Source: a virus (taxonomy: Duplodnaviria > Heunggongvirae > Uroviricota > Caudoviricetes). From it: a DNA stretch of 64,000 nucleotides. Below, piece after piece: positions 60,876 through 64,000 of the stretch. The notes under the pieces are model-generated. The model was not told the origin of the DNA and ran no database searches. It was given only the letters and a program-made list of their open reading frames with translations. The position numbers and the translations under genes are program-made. The stretch lies in the IMG/VR virus record IMGVR_UViG_3300035678_000001; one strand, given 5' to 3'. Within the stretch, counting starts at the first letter, position 1; each line of letters opens with the position of its first letter.

Positions 60876-63287
60876 CTACTTGCCCTTGAGCGGGAAGGAC
60901 TCCCAGCGTCCTCCGATGCAGCACCACACCTCGCGGACCTTGAACTCCATGCGCTCGATCTTCGGCAGGAAGCGCACGTGGTGCTTCTCGTACGACATCG
61001 TGAGGTGCGGGGTCCAGCCGTGGTTCTCCTTGAAGGCGTAGCCGTGGGCCTTGAGAGTGTCGGCCAGGGACACCCACATGTGGTTGCCACCAGGGATGTC
61101 GGCTGCTGCCCAGAGGACGTGGCTGCCAGGGTTGGAGAAGGTGCCCACGCCCTGCACGGTGGCGTCGAGGGGCTTCTGGACCTCGCCCCACGACTCGATC
61201 AACTCGGGCAGGTACTCGACCTGCTCCTTGGTGAAGTCGGTGATCTTGCCGAGGTAGAGCAGCGTGATGTGGACGTTGCTCGGGTGCTCGCCGTTCTCGG
61301 GCAGCGGCAACTTGTCGATGACGCGCTTCGGCGGCACCAGGGCGATCATGATGCCGTCAGCGGGCTCGCCGTTCGGCCCCTCGACGGGGTGGTGGACGCG
61401 GGCCTGCTTGCTGGCGTACCGGGCGCGAGTCATCTTGTTGCCGTCGCGGTCGGTGCGGTGCTCGTCGCCGTTGTCGTCGTACGGCAGCCCGGTGTGCTCG
61501 CCCTTCTCGTTGAACTCGTTCCAGCCGTAGCCCTGCACGTCGTGTAGGTAGTCGCGCAGCCGGTGCAGGTGCCGCGTGTGCTCCTCGGGCGTGAACGAAC
61601 GCACGTCCTTGGCCTCGGGCTCGGAGGACACCTTGGCCGGGTGGCCCCAGTCGGTCTTGGCGATGGGCTCGTCAGTCTCGTAGTGCGTGCCGTGGTACTC
61701 CTCGACGGTGCCGGGCTCGCCGTACTTCTCGCGCTGGTGGGCGTCGAACGGAATGACCCGGTTGACCTTGATCTTGTCGAAGTGCTCGGCGGGGATGAAC
61801 TTCTCGCCGTGCCACCGCTCCTGGCGGGCCAGGCCGTGGGGCACGTGGATCTCTGCGACATAGGGCCGGTGGTAGCCGTTCGCCCGCCAGGTGTCGGGGC
61901 TGTCGGTGACGTAGAGCCCCTTGTAGTGCGAGCGGTCCTGCATGGCGAAGGCGTTGTCCTGCGGCGACTTCTCGGCGTCCGGGTGGAAGTGGTGTTGGTC
62001 GGTCAGGTGATAGAGCGTCTCGTAGCCACTGGCCGTCTTGAACACGTCGTTGACGGCCCGCTGTACGCAGGTGTGACAGGTCGGGTTCTCGCTCTTGTCC
62101 ACCGGCCAGGTGTCGTGCTCGATGGACAGGTTGGTGTGCTGTGCCGGGTCGGCGTTGTGCTTGACCAGTTCGCTGCCCAACTCCGCGATGTGGCCCTCGC
62201 ACATACGTCCACGCAGGATCGTGCCCTCGCTGCCGTTGTGCCGGTTCTTGGCCCGGACCCACATGTCCCAGACGGTATGCTTGGCAGCCGTCTTCTCGGT
62301 GCAGCCGTGCTTCTCGCCGTCCGTGAAGTAGTCCTCGCCACAGTCGTCGCAGCGCAACTTGATCGCGGCGCCCTTCGCCATCGTCTCGGCATCGCACCGG
62401 CCCCAGGCGCCCTTCTCCTCGCCGCTGGCGTCACAGCGATGGCACTCATGGCCGCTGGGGTGCTCGCCAGAGCCACCGCAGCACTTGCAGGGCTCGTCAT
62501 CGCCCCAAGAGACGGCTGCCGTCTTGCCGTACTGGGCCTGCATCAGGGGCTCCCAGAGCCCGGCCTGGTCGAGGTACTTCTCGGTCGCGTTGCCTCGGTC
62601 GAAGGCGCCTGTGCCGTGGGGACCGAAGGCCCGTGAACGGTCAGCGTGCAAGAAGTGCCAGATGCGCCGCAGCGCGTTCTTGCGGGCGGGCTCGGGCAAC
62701 TCCATCGCGGCCTTGATCTGCTCCGCGAAGCCCTCCATGTAGTACCACTCGGACGGGCTGAACTGGTGGCCGGTCGGCTCATGGATCGGCTCGACCGCCC
62801 AGGTGTTGTCGCCCACGTCGTACGCCGCGTAGGGCTTGATCGCCCGGATGTCGTAGGAGTCCTTGTTCACGTAGCCGGTGCGGTGCCACTCGTGCTCGGG
62901 GTCGAACTTGGGGTGCCAGTGCTCGTCGTTGAACTGGGTCTGGAACTCGTGGTTGAACTGGCGGGTGATCTCCTCGTTGGAGCCGGTCGCCCCGGTCGCC
63001 TTGCGGAACGCCTCGTAGTTGACGCCGAGCAGCAGATCGAAGTCGTTGTTGCCGTACCACTCGCTCGCCTGCGAGCCCGCGAGGTAGACCCGAGCCCAGG
63101 AGCGCCAGTCGCCGTACTTGGGCATCCAGAAGGCGTCGATCAGGTCGAGGATCTCCTTGCGGACGCCGGGCAGCATCTCGCGGTCAGCGTCGAACAGCCG
63201 AGGATCCACGCCGCCCTTGGTCGGGGAGAACAGACGCTCGGTGGGCTTCCAGTCCGTCAGGACGTGAGCCTTCTTCTGGACGTACAC
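60876..63287 (-). CDS. Multidomain protein: Pol-beta-superfamily nucleotidyltransferase, Zn fingers, ADP-ribosyltransferase-like domain, 2H phosphoesterase (Acb1/2'-5' RNA ligase-like)
   Basis: LAGSQAS...DFDLLL; CKCCGGSG; LYHLT...GLYVT...GEKFIP; HITLLYLG and PHLTMSY; GTG 63287 after a GGGAGG RBS. Confidence 0.78.
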   Translation of the reverse strand: MYVQKKAHVLTDWKPTERLFSPTKGGVDPRLFDADREMLPGVRKEILDLIDAFWMPKYGDWRSWARVYLAGSQASEWYGNNDFDLLLGVNYEAFRKATGATGSNEEITRQFNHEFQTQFNDEHWHPKFDPEHEWHRTGYVNKDSYDIRAIKPYAAYDVGDNTWAVEPIHEPTGHQFSPSEWYYMEGFAEQIKAAMELPEPARKNALRRIWHFLHADRSRAFGPHGTGAFDRGNATEKYLDQAGLWEPLMQAQYGKTAAVSWGDDEPCKCCGGSGEHPSGHECHRCDASGEEKGAWGRCDAETMAKGAAIKLRCDDCGEDYFTDGEKHGCTEKTAAKHTVWDMWVRAKNRHNGSEGTILRGRMCEGHIAELGSELVKHNADPAQHTNLSIEHDTWPVDKSENPTCHTCVQRAVNDVFKTASGYETLYHLTDQHHFHPDAEKSPQDNAFAMQDRSHYKGLYVTDSPDTWRANGYHRPYVAEIHVPHGLARQERWHGEKFIPAEHFDKIKVNRVIPFDAHQREKYGEPGTVEEYHGTHYETDEPIAKTDWGHPAKVSSEPEAKDVRSFTPEEHTRHLHRLRDYLHDVQGYGWNEFNEKGEHTGLPYDDNGDEHRTDRDGNKMTRARYASKQARVHHPVEGPNGEPADGIMIALVPPKRVIDKLPLPENGEHPSNVHITLLYLGKITDFTKEQVEYLPELIESWGEVQKPLDATVQGVGTFSNPGSHVLWAAADIPGGNHMWVSLADTLKAHGYAFKENHGWTPHLTMSYEKHHVRFLPKIERMEFKVREVWCCIGGRWESFPLKGK

Positions 63288-63304
63288 GCGGCAGCCGCCT
63301 CCCT

Positions 63305-63316
63305 TCACCCCTTCAC
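63305..63316 (-). promoter_or_regulatory. GTGAAGGGGTGA motif copy
   Basis: Exact 12-mer before the RBS of the NTase-ART-2H gene. Confidence 0.7.
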
Positions 63317-63350
63317 AGGGCTCGGCTGGGGTCTGACAGGCTCCGTCATG

Positions 63351-63392
63351 CGACGAGGCCCGACCCTCCGGGGAGGAGGTCGGGCCTCGTCG
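63351..63392 (-). terminator. Hairpin CGACGAGGCCCGACC...GGTCGGGCCTCGTCG
   Basis: 15-bp perfect stem downstream of terL. Confidence 0.7.
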
Positions 63393-63504
63393 GCTCTCCG
63401 CTTCAAGGGTGCGCCAGGAGTCGTCCTACCGGAGTCCCGCCAGAGATCCGGTTGAGCGCACAAGGGTGCGAAGCAGAGGTGCTGCGCAACATGTTGGCGT
63501 GTCT

Positions 63505-63522
63505 GGTTGACAGATGTCAACC
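63505..63522. promoter_or_regulatory. Palindrome GGTTGACA-GA-TGTCAACC (TTGACA on both strands)
   Basis: Perfect 8-bp arms just downstream of the terL stop. Confidence 0.5.
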
Positions 63523-63533
63523 CAAGATGATTG

Positions 63534-64000
63534 CTAACGCCTCCGAGGACGACCCATACCGGGCTGGGACATGTGCCCGCGCCCTCGTGAGAACTGGGAC
63601 AAAGCCGCCAGTGCATCCTCGTGGTTGTCGCCACCACCAGGGAATGGCGTGACACCTCCCTGCACCGAAGCACCGGGCCGGAAGTTCGAGAGGTCGGCGT
63701 GCAGGAAGTTGTTGACCTGCTCACCGATCAACGTCATGACGCACTCCATCATGCAGTCCGCCACGTCCTTGGTCTGCACCGGGCCGACCGAGGGCTTGTC
63801 CACCTTGCCGTTCTTCTCTTGGAGGAAGCGCAACTCCAACTCGGCCTGCTCGTAGTACGGCGCGTGGACCCACTCCATGTTGATCGCGGTCTTGAACGTC
63901 TCGGCGCGGTTCCAGTTGTGGGCTGCCGTCGCGGTCTTCTCGAAGACGTTCACTCGCTTGGGCATCCCGGTGTCGCGGATGCGCTTCTGGAACCGCTGGA
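63534..64000 (-). CDS. terL: Terminase large subunit, C-terminal nuclease end (partial; runs off the window)
   Basis: Frame stays open to the window edge (…QRFQKRIRDTG-MPKRV); KVDKP...TKDVADC matches the TerL RNase H-like C-terminal K-D-x-x-D motif. Confidence 0.75.
   Translation of the reverse strand, partial: QRFQKRIRDTGMPKRVNVFEKTATAAHNWNRAETFKTAINMEWVHAPYYEQAELELRFLQEKNGKVDKPSVGPVQTKDVADCMMECVMTLIGEQVNNFLHADLSNFRPGASVQGGVTPFPGGGDNHEDALAALSQFSRGRGHMSQPGMGRPRRR

Noticed and set aside
1-64000. CRISPR array, IS element, integrase, rRNA, intein or stop-codon reassignment
   Set aside because: No regularly spaced repeats, transposase or recombinase motifs, rRNA signatures or intein motifs seen; genes end at normal stops and tRNA-Trp has a CCA anticodon

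Overview
This window is a 64-kb segment of a large, GC-rich dsDNA actinobacteriophage, or a prophage-like element. Almost every gene is on the minus strand, and many are tightly coupled by ATGA/TGATG overlaps. In the direction of transcription (right to left) it contains: (1) the 3' end of the terminase large subunit; (2) a small hairpin-rich intergenic element; (3) a multidomain protein of about 800 aa (Pol-beta-type nucleotidyltransferase, Zn fingers, ADP-ribosyltransferase-like domain, 2H phosphoesterase); (4) about 28 kb of small accessory genes driven by repeated SigA-like promoters whose spacer is a palindromic operator (GIY-YIG, MazG-like, Acb2/Tad1-like, DUF3039-like, dCTP deaminase, GT25 glycosyltransferase, HNH); (5) seven tRNA genes; (6) a block of very large His/Cys-rich mosaic proteins flanking a ParB-like gene and the portal; (7) tail/fibre genes; (8) a membrane (lysis-like) cassette. 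A second motif, GTGAAGGGGTGA, precedes seven late genes. The most interesting candidate system is a set of late-expressed beads-on-a-string polyproteins whose modules are often bounded by K-T-A / [KR]-x-A linkers. These may be protease-processed head cargo, and one of them carries enzymatic domains typical of phage-host conflict. All functional calls come from motif recognition by eye; no searches were run. Major capsid, protease and polymerase genes are not in the window.
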